A stretch of DNA of 56,897 nucleotides, taken from Tricharina praecox. Lineage: Eukaryota. Below are positions 1 through 13,203 of this stretch, piece by piece. The position numbers and the translations under genes are program-made. The notes under the pieces are model-generated. The model saw only the letters and a program-made list of their open reading frames with translations. It made no database searches and was not told where the DNA came from. Numbering within the stretch: position 1 is the stretch's first letter; every line of letters starts with the position of its first letter. The stretch spans positions 620,001 to 676,897 of the forward strand of contig NW_026250424.1 of NCBI RefSeq assembly GCF_024521635.1, read 5' to 3'.

Positions 1-185
1 AAAAGGGTAATCAATATTTTCCGCCTCCCCCCGTCCATAGCCTACATACACACGGCTACCGTCCCGTCCCGTCATAAAAATGAAACCCAGTCTTAGTACT
101 CCCAAAAGAAAACAAAAAACAAAAAACAAAAACAAACACCGCTAGGAACGAAAGACAATCAAAATAATAACCGGTAACAAACGAA

Positions 186-2125
186 TTACAAGTCCAACTT
201 CGGGTTGGAGCCCGCTATTCTCCCGATGACGGTGGCCGGGGCGTACTTAGGGATGACCTCATCGTCGTGGAGCATAGCGAACTCCTCGGTCGCGTCGCGT
301 CCGGCAAAGTTCAGAATAGCCTGAACACCGCCGGGGTGGTCCTCCAGGAAGCCCGTGCAGTCGAGCACGAGATCCTTGACGACGACCCATACGTCGTCCT
401 TCTTATTGTGCTTCGCTACCTCCTCCATGGTGATCTCGTTGGTGGGGATCACAAACTCCTTGGGGCTGGAAGGGGCCACCTTGGCAGGGTCGGCACCCTC
501 GGCTCCGGCCTTGTACACGGGGTGCGTCGCGGTGTGGCCCTCGATGTCTGATTGACTGCCTGAGGACGCGGCGGCGCCGCTCCAGTCGACGGTAACGCGT
601 CCGGGCTTGCTCGGGTCAATGTGTAGCGAGATCTGACCGAGACGCGCGCTGGCGTTGCCGGCACCCCCCTGCGAGAGGACCTTCTGGAAGAGGTATTCGC
701 TGGCGGACTCGCCGGACACGCGACCGTAGACGACGCAACCAAGCAGAGAGGACCCTCCGAGACGGTTGGCACCGTGGACACCACCGGCGACTTCTCCACA
801 GGCGTAGAGACCCTCGAAGGGCTTGCCCTCCTTGTTCAGGACCTGAGCCCTGTCGTTGATCTCGACTCCTCCCATGGTGAAGTGAAGCACGGGCTGCATC
901 AGGGCGACGTGGAAGGTGTCGTTGATGTCGAAGGGGGTGTTGTGGAAGAACTTCTTGCCGTAGGGGTCCTTAGCCTTGCCGTCGGCGATGTCGTTGTAGC
1001 TCTGGAACACCTTCTGGAGGTGGGCATCGCCGCAACCGATCTCCTTGGCCAGCTCCTTACCGGAGATCTTCTTCATCAAACCACGACCGGAGTAGTGGCG
1101 AGTGTGGAAGTCGAGGACGTTGGAGGCCTTGCTGTTGAGGACGAGGCGGATGGGGAACTTGTTCTTGAACATCTCGCCCGAGACGTAATCACGATGACCG
1201 AGCTCGTCGCAGAAGCGGTCGCCAGTGGCATTGAGAAGGATACCACCCTCACCACGGAGAGCCTCAGCAGCCAAGAACTTGGTCTTCGCATCGGGGTCCT
1301 TGGGGTCGACCAGGCCGGTAGGGTGGACCTGAATCTTGTCCATGTCGATGCCGTTACCACCGAGCTTCATGACCATCTTCTGGCCGTCACCGGTGGCGTG
1401 GGTGCCGTTGGTGGTGGACAGGTTGTAGATCTCGGGACGGTGCAGCTTGATGAGGGAGTCCTCAGTGAAGTCGGCGGCGTAACCACCGGTAGCCAGGATG
1501 ACGGGGCCGTTCTCAGTGTGGATCTTGCCATCGTACTCAAAGTCGACACCGGAGACGAAGTTACCGTCGTTGTTGATCTTTGTGACCTTGGCCTTCTTGA
1601 TGATCTTGACACGATGGGGCTCTGTCTCGGCGAGCTCCTCGAGCTTCTGCATCAGAGCGTAGGTGATGGCCATACCGGGGAACTTTGCGTCGTGACCACG
1701 GTGGGTCCGGGGCTGCGAGTGGCCTCCCAGCCGCGAGACCAGGGTCAGATCGAGCTTGAACACGTCCTGCAGCCACTCAATGGCGGCGGCCGACTTGTAA
1801 GTCAGAACCTTGATCAGATCTGGCCGCGCCTTGTCGCGGGCCGACTTCAGGGTGTCGTCGTAGAATTGCTTTACGCTGTCACGGATCTCGGCGTCGACTT
1901 GCGTGCGAGTGAGAGCGCCGTTGATACCCGAGGTAGCCTTGGTCGAGTTGCCGCCAAAGAAACCTGTTCGCCACAGCACCGGTCAGAGCGGAAGAGAGAG
2001 AAAACGATGATAGAGAACGCACCCTGCTTGTCGAGAACGAGCACGTTTCCTCCCGCCAGGTAGATGGTGTGCGCGGCACTCAAGCCGGACAGTCCACCGC
2101 CAACAACGATTGCTCTCTGCGACAT
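186..2125 (-). CDS. OSM1: Soluble FAD-dependent fumarate reductase with C-terminal cytochrome b5 domain; 2 exons (2125-2023, 1963-186)
   Basis: MSQRAIVVGGGLSG Rossmann motif, GGNSTKATSGING, HFTMGG, GVHGANRLGGSSL, then b5 motif FLEDHPGG...FAMLH; intron 2022-1964 GTGCGT...AACAG restores the frame. Confidence 0.93.
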
Positions 2126-2188
2126 GTTGTGTGTGTATGTGCGTGTGTGTGTGTATGTGCGTGTGTGTGTATGTGCGTGTGTGTGTAT
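2126..2188. repeat. Compound TG microsatellite, (TG)nTATGTGCG units, abutting the fumarate reductase start codon
   Basis: gtgtgtatgtgcgtgtgtgtgtgtatgtgcgtgtgtgtgtatgtgcgtgtgtgtgtatg read directly. Confidence 0.9.
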
Positions 2189-3919
2189 GGAACGAGGAGC
2201 AAAGACGACGCAACGCTCGTGTGAATAAGAGAGAGAGAGTGAAGGTGAGAGTGAAAGGGGATTTATTAATCGAAGCCGACGACCTTCTTTTCGGATTTGT
2301 ATGCGTAGTCCGTTCGAGGAGTTGGAGGAGGAGAGATGGACAGGCAGAGGAGAAGAAGAAGCAGGCGGGCTCCGGTTATGTAGCACTTCACATTCCAGCA
2401 GCTGACTGTCGGCGGGAAACTCGACTCCACCATGCAGTTGCCTCGGCTCAGGCAAAGGGCGGCGATACGGCAACGTCCATCTGTGTATGGGCTGGCAGCT
2501 GGGCCATGTAGCTGCTAACTAGCAGAGCACCAACGGGCGAGGGGCAGACTCCCCGCCACTTGGGGCTGGCTGACAGAGAAACAACCCTGACCTTCGCCCT
2601 TTCCTCGGCCGCTGATTCGTCGCGACAGCGTTGGGTCTTCCCCACACAGCGCGTTGGCGGCTTGTGCTTGCTGTGCATCCATAGCGCGGCGCTGGAGAAA
2701 CGAAACCACTCAGCCGGCATACCACATGCCGAGCTCGAGCGTCCGTCTGTCCCATGTGAAAGCCAGGCCGTCGCCAACCCCGGATATCCATCATCATCCA
2801 TCTGGCCATGCAGCCGAGCCCAACCTTGCCCAACCTTGCCTCGCATCTCACCCATCCACACGCTCACCCACGCACGGGCTGTTGTTTCGCCTCTCCCTTC
2901 ACACGTGAGCGTGAACGTGACGTGCTTTTTCCCAAAGGCCCCATGATCTTTTTGTTTTGTTTTTGGAGACGCGAAGGAAAAAGAAGAAAAAATACATCTC
3001 CCTGCATAGTAGTCAGCTTTCACGTGTCGGACTGTGCATGTCCCGCCGTCTCACTCGTCCGGACCGTCGTCTGGGGGGGATGTGTGCTCCGCAGTCCGGA
3101 GTCCGGACAGATTCCTGTGAAAATCGGCCTGACATAAGTAGGATGAAGCACACATGTGACATGCATCGTTGAGACTCGACCTTGGCCACTTGGCGGGGGA
3201 GGGCCAGCGTGGGCCGAAATATGTAGCGGCCAAAGGAGGGCGAAGGGCGACGAGCGTCACCGGATTGGATTGACAATGCCCATCCCGCAGTCTCGTTGAA
3301 ACTTGACGGCCGTTTCCACGTTGCCACATTCACCCATAGTTTCAGTTTATTCGGTCGCCGAGACGCTCGCGATTGCCCCGGTTGATACATTAGGGATTGC
3401 CGTATGAAGTACCTATGTAGTATGAGACGTCTTATATTGACAGGTCTCTCTATGAGGATGCATCTCGAGTATGTACCTACTATACACACGGTACCCACAT
3501 TGATGTTTCCACCTTCCACCTTCCAGTCTCCAGTCTCCAGCTGTCTATCTACACCCTCGGCGTGGCCAATTCCAATCCACTCTACTATACATGTACTCTG
3601 TCCTCCACCGAGCCAGATGTACGCATCATACAACTTTCGGACCGAATTTAACCCCAGCTGCTCGCACCATTCCAGGCGTCCAGCCACCACGCCTGCCCGG
3701 TTGCCCCGCCAGCTGCATACCGAGGCGCCGTCGGAACGGTATCGGTAGTCTTTATATGATGAGCCCCTGCGTGGTAAATCTCATGTGGCATCTTTGTAGA
3801 ATCTATGTACTCTAGATCTCACGTTCTCTCACATAGGTAGGGTATAGTGGTTCGATTGGTATTGGTATCAGTTATTTCGATGGTGCTGGGTATCTAGGAA
3901 AGTATATGGGGTATGTAGA

Positions 3920-5549
3920 TCACAACTCGTCCTTGACATCCGCCACCTTCTCCTCCACCTTCTCCTTGACATCCTCCACCGTCTCTTCCACCGCCTCCTT
4001 GACATCCTCAACCTTCTCTTCCACCTTCTCCTTGACCTCCTCCACCTCCTCCTCAACACTCTTCACCACCTCCTCCACCTTCTCTCGGACTTTCTCCCCA
4101 ACACCCTCCTCCTGAGCCATCAGCGCATCCGGCACCTTCCCCTTGCTACCCTCACCCATCTTAACCGCATCCAACCACGCCAGAACATCCGCACTCTTCT
4201 CGGCATCACCAGCGAACCTTCTAAACCATCCACGATGATTTACCGCGACCAACTGGGGCAGTTCGGTTCCGAGCTGCAGATTCTCAACGAGCGCGGCAGC
4301 GAGCTCGTCGGTGGCGGGCACATGGAACACCTGGAACGTGTGGGGCGGCGGCCGGCTAACGAGCTTGCCGTAGGCGCCTGTCACGCCTGCTACGGGCGTC
4401 GACGAGAGCAGGAGGATGCATGTCTTGGACTTTTTGGCGAGGCAGGTGGACTGCAGCGCGGTGAGGCCCGTGAGCGTGGGCACTTCGGGGGCGGCTGGAG
4501 AGGCGTTAGTTATGTGCTGCAGTGGGGGTTGAGGGGGGACTTACGGGTCGGCGTGGGCTTCGCGGTGGTGGTGGAGGAGGACGTGCTGGAAGATTCCGGC
4601 TCCTCGCTGCTCTTGGGCGCCTTGACAGCAGCGAAGAAGTCGTACATGGCCTGCTTCTCCATTTTTCCGCGGTAGACGACTCCCTCTGCGTCGCCGCCGG
4701 GAAGCACCACGATCGTAGGAAACGTAGACACGCCCATCAGCTCCGCCGCGGCGGTCTCCTTATCACGAACCTGCGCGAAGGAGATGGTGTCGAGGAAGTC
4801 GACGGCAAGGCTCTTCCACAGCGCGCTGGTGGTGCCTTTTCTCGTGAACAGGATCGCCTTGGCAGTGTCGTTCTTGTCGCTCAGGAACTCGGTGAACTTG
4901 GAGCCGCTCAGCTTGGTAACGTGGTTCGGGATGCGCTCGGCCACGGCGTCGGCGATGGCTTTGGCCGTACGGCCACCATTGTAGTCTGTCCACTCACACT
5001 TCCATCAGCTTCCATTCCTCCCCTCCAAAGGGTAGTGGGGTGGAACAAACCCTCGACAACCGGCCGTCCCTTCTTGCTGGAGGGCACGAACAGCTTCAGC
5101 GTGGGAAAGCCCTTGATGCCATACTCGCCGCAGGTGCGCTTGTTCTTTTCCTCGTCGCAGTCGATCGCGGCAATCTTTGCCATGCCCTTGAGCGACGTGG
5201 CCGCCTGCTCGTACGCCGGCTTGAGGTTCTGGCAGTGCCCGCACCACGGCGCGTAGAATCTGCGCTCGCTCGTTAGAACACACTCACTCCACTTTTCCCG
5301 CACGTCCGCAGATGAGGGTGGGAGGGAAGCTTACTCGACCATCTATACACGACGTTAGCACACATGAAACAAGATGTTGGCTGGGAGGAAACATACCGCA
5401 GCATTGCCGGAGCTCAGGATCTCCTTCTGGAAGTTCTTGTGGTCCAACTGGACGATGGCACTCTTTGCGCCGTAGAACGCGGCATCGGCGCCCGACGTCG
5501 ACGCGAGCAGCAGGAGCGTGGTGACGACAAGCTCCCGGAGGAGATGCAT
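3920..5549 (-). CDS. MPD1: ER protein disulfide isomerase-related oxidoreductase (MPD1/PrpA type), multi-exon, including an 8-nt microexon 5342-5335
   Basis: Signal peptide MHLLRELVVTTLLLLAS, spliced MVEFYAPWCGHC thioredoxin site, GIKGFPTLK, second Trx-like fold, C-terminal KDEL. Confidence 0.88.
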
Positions 5550-6000
5550 GGCGGATTCGAGCTAGTGTAAGCTTGGTGTTTGGTTTGCTGGAGAAAATGT
5601 TTCGAGAGCAGTTGGGTCAATTGGAGCGATGAGATGCGGACAAGCGAGCGAGCAACTGCTACTGGTTGGTAACTACTGGAGGTTATTGGCAGGATGCTTT
5701 TGATTTCGGCCTTTTGAATTTCCGCGGCTTTGCCGTGAACGAGGGATAAGGCCAGGTGTACTGTTGCCGCTTGATGGCGTGGGTTGAGTCGTGTGTAACC
5801 GACGGCGATGCACGATCCGATCGACGTGACACAGCCGGAATGTGAATGAGCACTTCGACGGGGATCTTCTTTCTTTAGGAGCAAGGTAGGGATGCCAAAG
5901 GCCCAAAGCACCGTAAAGTCTGAGGCGCGACGGTAAATTGTCATGTAAAGGTGTAAGGCTTGGCTGTCATGATGCACGTTTGCTTTACAGCCACATTATC

Positions 6001-6019
6001 TACGTGACAATACGTGACA
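6001..6019. promoter_or_regulatory. Tandem TACGTGACA bZIP/UPRE-2-like sites in the MPD1-KIN28 divergent promoter
   Basis: tacgtgacaatacgtgacat: two copies; TACGTG is the yeast Hac1 UPRE-2 core. Confidence 0.35.
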
Positions 6020-6107
6020 TTACAATACCGTCACGTTACCGTTGACATCCCTAGAGCCTACCTACCTCTACTCTCCCCACAGCACGATCACCGCCACGAC
6101 CCTCACC

Positions 6108-7345
6108 ATGGCGACTTCCGGTGATCCCCCCTCGGCCTCAATGGTACTGGTCCCAGCCGGCAGCGAAGTCGCCGACGTCAACCAATTGACGCGCGAAAAA
6201 TATGTGAAAGGTCAGTCCGTTTCCTTCCCTCCGGGGGGGTCCCCTCTAACACCCTACAGACGACAAGATCGGCGAAGGAACGTACGCTATCGTGTACCGG
6301 GCGCACGTGCGAGCGACGGGGCAACCCGTGGCCATCAAGAAGATCAAGATCTCGTCGCAGTCGGAGGGGATATCGATGGACTCGCTGCGGGAGATAAAGC
6401 ACCTGCAGGAGCTGCGCCACCAGAACATCGTGAATCTCCTGGACGTGTTCGTGGGCAAGAGCCACAACATCCATGCCGTGCTGGAGTTCCTGGCCGGTGA
6501 CCTCGAGGGCATCATCAAAGATACTAGCTGTGTCTATGGCTCGGGCGATATCAAGAGCTGGATGGCAATGAGCCTGCGCGGGCTGTGGTGGTGTCATAGG
6601 AATTTCGTTTTGCACAGGGTGAGTACGTCGCCGTCCACCACACACCACCGCCGACTGCTAACTCTGACAGGATATCAAACCTAACAACTTGTTATACACG
6701 ATGTCGGGCATTCTCAAGATCGCCGATTTCGGACTCGCGCGGTCCTTCGCCGACCCGCACGCCAACATGACGCACCAGGTAGTGACGCGGTGGTACCGGC
6801 CGCCGGAGCTGTTCTACGGCGCGAAGCACTACGGCGCCGCCATCGACATCTTTTCCATGGGGGCGGTGTTCGCGGAGCTGGTGCTGCGCGCGCCGTACCT
6901 GCCCGGCAGCACAGACCTGGCACAGCTCGAGGTCATCGTTACCGCCCTCGGCCAGCCGAGCGAGCAGAATTGGCCCGGCGTCACGAAGCTGCCGCAGTAC
7001 TGCGTTACGAACGATGCCATGCCCCCCGAGGTCGACCTGCAGGGTATGAAGCGACAGTTTCAGAGCATGAGCATGAGTGGCCTGCAGCTGCTACATGGCA
7101 TGCTGCGCCTCGACCCGCGCAAGAGGGTCACTGCTAGGGACGCTCTCGAGAGCGAGTGGTTCCGCGAAGAACCCATGCCGACGAAGCCGCATGACCTGCC
7201 GGGGAAGAAGGGCAAGGAGGAGCAGGAGAAGGTCGGGCAGGATCTGAAACGCAGGGCGGGATACGATGATGTGCTTAATGGCGACGAGCTGATCGCGGAC
7301 CGCGGGAAGAATGTGGCCAGACGATTGGATTTTGGTGGGATGTAA
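6108..7345 (+). CDS. KIN28: TFIIH kinase CDK7/Kin28, 3 exons
   Basis: KIGEGTYAIV, VAIKKIK, GISMDSLREIKHLQEL, HR-DIKPNNLL, DFGLARSF...MTHQVVTRWYRPPELFYGA, C-terminal VARRLDF. Confidence 0.93.
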
Positions 7346-7805
7346 TTGCTATATGCTGCGCGTACGGGTACATAGGTGGGGCGTTGGGGATTTGTTGGCT
7401 TTCATTTGCATTGGTCTTGCTGCGGCGCGTGTATAAATTGTAGGTAATCCTTGGGTTGCAGTGACGTTCGAGAAGTTCACGCGGTTGATGTGAACCATCA
7501 TGTCAGCGCACTTGATCGGTCTGTAGGTATGGCACCTTGCTGCAGTCCACGGGGGCCTTGAGGCCTGGCCTGGAAACCAGAGATAATCACATAGTATCAC
7601 TCAACATCCATAGCCATTCTCACTCCTCAATTCCTGTCGTCCAGAGCTTCGCTGCTCGGTGGTCTGTGGGGTAGGTATCCTTTGCGCTAACCCAACCAGC
7701 CACACCAGCCACACGCGACACCAAGCCGAGCTGAGCTCATGACCAGTTGTACCTATGGAGGGTGGGTGCCAACCCCTATCCCCTCCCACCCACCAATCCA
7801 TCGCA

Positions 7806-8438
7806 ATGGCGCCGCCGTCCACACCGCTCCCCGCACGCCGTGTGACACCGCCAGGACCCGGCCGACGAGGTGAGCCGCATCCTTATCCTTATCCACGGCT
7901 TACCCCATACCCCGCGAAGTCCGAAAGCCGAAGGCCGAAGCCTGACTAATCACGCCCGCACCGCCTAGGAACAACCGTAACGCCGACGCGCCGAGGCGCG
8001 ATCCTGGCGCTGCGCTATGGCTCGCCGGGGTTCACGATCCGGCAGATCTCCGAGCAGCTGGGTGTCTCGAAGTCGACGGTACACGGCATCTGCAAGCACG
8101 CGGAGAAGAAGGCGCGGGCGTTGCGAGAGGAGCGGGGGGCCGACACCACCGCCACCACCACCGACGACGCCTCGACGGCGACGCAGACCGCGCCCTCGCT
8201 GCTCGAGCTGCTGGCCGCTTCCGCCCCCTATAAGGCCTCCGGACGCCCACGGAAACATGCGCTCACTGCCACCGGCGAAGACGGCGATGACGGCGACAAC
8301 CCGGCCGCCGATGGTCGCGGCGCTCCTACGCCGACGGATACACCGACAGATACGCCGACAACCACGCCGGCGCCAGACGAGACGTCGCTTTTCCAGCTGC
8401 TGGCTGATCCCAACCCCGCACCCGCGTTGAATACATAA
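7806..8438 (+). CDS. 177-aa Tc1/mariner-like HTH DNA-binding protein without DDE domain; exons 7806-7869 and 7969-8438
   Basis: Intron GTGAGC...CTGACTAAT...CCTAG joins the frames; product has RGAILALRYGSPGFTIRQISEQLGVSKSTVHGICK (HTH) and SGRPRK. Confidence 0.65.
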
Positions 8439-9531
8439 GCCCTACCGGAATGTCCCGACTCGACTTGACTTGGTGTTTTGTAGCTCCCACGGGGAAGCTT
8501 TGTTCCCGGAAGAAACCGTTCGATCTCCAAATTCCAATAGAACAGTCGTCCGATCTATCTTGTAATCTTCTTTTCATTTCTTCGTCGTATAAAACGACCT
8601 TCTTCTTTTCCTCATCCATTCAGCCTTTTGCGCGAACAATCTTTCTAATCTTTCTAATCTTTTCTAATTCTAATTCCTTTTCTCGAGTTGGATACGCCAA
8701 AGGATCGTTTTCGTTTAATACCGCAGTACGTGGGGAGGTTGATTCTGTACAGTACTATACAGTTGGGTTCTCCTACATATGATGCTTATCGGCTGTGCTG
8801 GCCTGACGAATGGAAGGTGACATAAGATATAATTCGGCTTTTTTTTGGGCGTAGCAATTACATACACGACTTCCTCCATGAACCTCTATATTGAGAGGCC
8901 CACTTCTGTGCCCACGAGCTGTATCTAGCTGCAAGACTGTCTATGCTGATGAATGCTTTGATTTCTGGGAGAGAGGTGCAGATGTTGATTATACGAGAGA
9001 TGATAAGAGCATTTCGGCCATAGACGTTGTCACTCTTCTGTTACACAGCACGCGAGTGGAAAAAGGCGATAATGGCAACTACTGTTCAAATGATGTTTCT
9101 ATTATCTTCCTCTATCTGGACCCTTTCAATCGTGCTTGGGGGTCCAAGACGAACGGGTGACTTACCCATTCGCTGGACATCACTCGCCGAGGGCCAAAAG
9201 AACCGAAGTGTATATGGTATGTAGACCAAAATGAAAGGACCATGAAGCCCACTGTGGGGACGACACGGTGAGTAAGCGGTCATATTGTATTAATCTTCCT
9301 CACTCCAAAATAGGAACACGCCATAGAACAGGCTTGCACCAGAGTGTTGGTGAGGATCGGTTTGAAGTTTCATGTCACTTCACGTTCACGATTCCGTCAT
9401 TGCAACGAGAGAACTCGGATTGTCCACAGTATCCCATTTGCACTGGAGCTACCAAAAGCAACCCGAAAACGCCGGTCCGATCCCAATACCGTTAAGAAAA
9501 CCAGATCTTTTATTCAAGATTAACGAAGAAT

Positions 9532-10327
<796 letters not shown>

Positions 10328-10461
10328 GGCGATGGATTTGCTGGTGGGGTTAGAAGGTCGGGTTCGGGTTGGGCTGTGCTGGGGCTGGTTGGGCGGGCGT
10401 GGTGTCGAAGTTCGTCAAGTTCCAAAGTCGTCCTGAAAATTGCCAATTGTCAAGGCGCTCG

Positions 10462-10504
10462 TTAGGGCTAGACTGTGGAAAGGATGTGTGTGGCTCTGTG
10501 ACTG
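10462..10504 (-). promoter_or_regulatory. Ribosomal-protein promoter elements AGCCCTAA (10462-10469) and Homol-D box CAGTCACA (10497-10504)
   Basis: TTAGGGCT and TGTGACTG on + strand, 135-177 bp upstream of the RPL12 ATG; both are known fungal RP-gene motifs. Confidence 0.7.
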
Positions 10505-10836
10505 CCGAAAGGCGGCGTTAATCTAATCTCATCTTATCTCATCTGATATTTCCGCACTTTAGCGGCTCCGCAGTGTCCCTCATGACCGGCGCCAGCCAGC
10601 TCTATATGTATACTCTACCCAGCTCTAGGCTAGCCATTCCCACTGAGAATCATCAGGTTGCAGAGTACACACGGTTTGTTATTTGGCAGTGAACCTCAAC
10701 CAAGTACCTACGCCTAAGCTCTCTTTTGATATCCAACGGCAAATGCTAGTTACGAAACACAACATCAAATTTTTCGCCCCAAAACGTCCCCTCCCACCGT
10801 ACCCAAGCGCCTAAATGCATGAAAGATTGACAATTT

Positions 10837-12971
10837 TTACATGTTCTCCGCCTGTGCTTCCAGACCATTCACTGCCAGCTTGACGGTGGAAGAGTGTACT
10901 GACAGAGGAGTCGGCTGCAGACCGTTTTCGGTTCCGTTTTTCATTGGCATGGGAGTTGCTGGCCTGCTCGAAACGACCTGAAAAGGAGAGTAATCAACAG
11001 TCTATTCGCTGGACACATTCAAGAGATAGCATACCTTGCTTGCAGCGCTCAGGATGGCAATCAGGGAAGACTGCGCAGTATCCTCGTGGATGCCAACTCC
11101 CCAAATGGTCTGTGGCTTGCTCGAGCTGCCTCCAACGATACACTCAATGAATGTAGCGGCCTTGACGTCTCGGCCCTGACCGATAGCGTGCTCTTTGTAG
11201 TCCTTGACATCCAATTCCAAACCGATGCACCTGAGGGCATTGGCCAGAGATGAGATGGGACCGTTTCCAACACCCCGGATGGAGTGTTCCCTGCCGTCCA
11301 TTGAGACGATACCAACGAACGTCCTGCGAGGGTTCGCAGAAGCCTTCTCCAAGCCTGGGACCGGCGAGGCCGATCGGTCGGTAGAGAACTCGTAATCCAC
11401 CAAGTTGATCCTAGATGGCGTGTTGAGGTAGTACTCGTTCTCGAACAACGTCTGGATCTCCTTGGGCTTGAGCTCGCGGCCAAGCGCCTCGGTCTCCCTC
11501 TGGACAACCTTGGAAAAGGCGATTTGAAGGCCGCGAGGCATATCAAGCTCCAAAGCGCGTTGGATAATCCAGGCCACACCTCCCTTTCCGGACTGGGAGT
11601 TGACACGGATGATAGCCTCATATGTTCTTCCTATATCGGCCGGATCCAGCGGAAGGTAGGGCATGGCCCAGTGGTCATCGTCCGTCAAACCTTGCTTCTC
11701 GCGCATGTTGAATCCCTTTTTGATCGCATCTTGATGCGATCCAGAGAAGGCGCAGACGACCAGTTGGCCTCCATACGGAGCACGAGCATGGACGGGAATC
11801 TTGGTGAGGTCCTCCACAACATCGATGACCTTTGTAAGATCTGAGAAGTCAACCTTGGGGTTGATTCCCTGGGTGTAAAGGTTCAAAGCCAGGGTGACCA
11901 AGTCAACGTTTCCTGTGCGCTCGCCGTTTCCGAATAGACATCCCTCAACTCGGTCCGCACCACCCATCTGTGCCATTTCCGCAGCGGCGACAGCGCATCC
12001 ACGGTCGTTGTGAGGGTGTAGGGAGATACAGATCTTCTCCCGCTCGGAGATATTCCGTGAGAAGTATTCAATCTGGTCTGCGTAGACGTTTGGGGTCGAC
12101 ATCTCGACGGTGGCAGGCAAGTTGAAGATGATGGGGTTCTCCTCGGTAGGGCCCCAGGCTTCCTTAACAGCCTCGCAGATCTGGATGGCGAAATCCAGGC
12201 GCGTGTCAGAGAAAGTCTCGGGCGAGAACTCATAGGCCCATTCGGTATCCTGCGCGTCGGGATTGTCCTTGGTCAAGCTGCGCACGAGCTTCGTCGACTT
12301 CACTGCCAGAGCCAAAGATTCCTCCTCGGTCATGCCAAACACGATGTTTCTGAAGCAGGCCGAAGTCGCCAGGTACAAGTGGATGATCGCCTTCTTCGCA
12401 CCCTTCATCGACTGGACTGTGCGCTTGATGAAGTCCTCGCGACACGGTGACAGGACCTGCAGCCAAACATCGTCGGGGACCGCGCCAGGAGTCTCGATCA
12501 ACCGGCGGGTAAAATCGAAGTCAACTTGCGACGCCGAAGGAAACGACACTTCGATCTCTTTGTAACCGAGCTGCACCAGCATTTGGAAGTACTCCCACTT
12601 CTGGTCGGAGTCCTGAACGCATCCAGGTCAGGGTCTGCATCGCGCTTCCACGGAAAACATGCACATACCATGGGGTCCACCAAGCTCTGATTGCCATCCC
12701 TCAGGTCCGTTGACAGCCACCGTGGCGCTTTAGTGATGGTCTTTGACGGCCATTGCCTGTCGGGGAGATTGACTGGCGGGAAAGCCTTGTACTTCTTGGA
12801 GGGATCTTTGAGCCTATGTCATTCATTTTGCACTTGTCAGCGACCTGATGAAGCGCCCAAAGAACATGCCTCCAGTGAAAGAATCGTAAGGAATCCAATT
12901 GCACTCAAGCTTTGGCGCAGCTGAGGGGTTGTGATATGTATCGCAAACTGGAGTAGAACTCACATCGGCAT
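10837..12971 (-). CDS. LEU4: 2-isopropylmalate synthase, 4 exons
   Basis: Spliced [65 protein letters not shown]-terminal regulatory domain GNGPIS. Confidence 0.96.
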
Positions 12972-13203
12972 CTCGAATTGGCGATGGTCTTGGTGGGGTA
13001 TGTAGCGGAGTGGATTATAGCTTCTTGTGTCGAAGCTTCGGAAGAGAAGTAAAGATCAACCGTATGATTAACTGACGTCGAGCAAGCAAAGAATGTTGGG
13101 GGGCTTCCACGAGAAGACGCACAGAGATATAGAGGTTTTGCTTCGTTGCAAACAGCTTCGTCGCAATTGATCAATTCCTATAGCCGGCGGCCGAGATGCC
13201 GCC

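Noticed and set aside
774..2063. 429-aa plus-strand ORF
   Set aside because: Antisense shadow of the codon-biased fumarate reductase CDS
2895..3030. CACGTG E-boxes upstream of fumarate reductase
   Set aside because: 6-mers about 800 bp upstream; cannot be separated from chance
12821..12868. [14 protein letters not shown], a presequence-like peptide inside LEU4 intron 1
   Set aside because: Ends in TGA and is not in frame with exon 2, so it does not support a mitochondrial isoform
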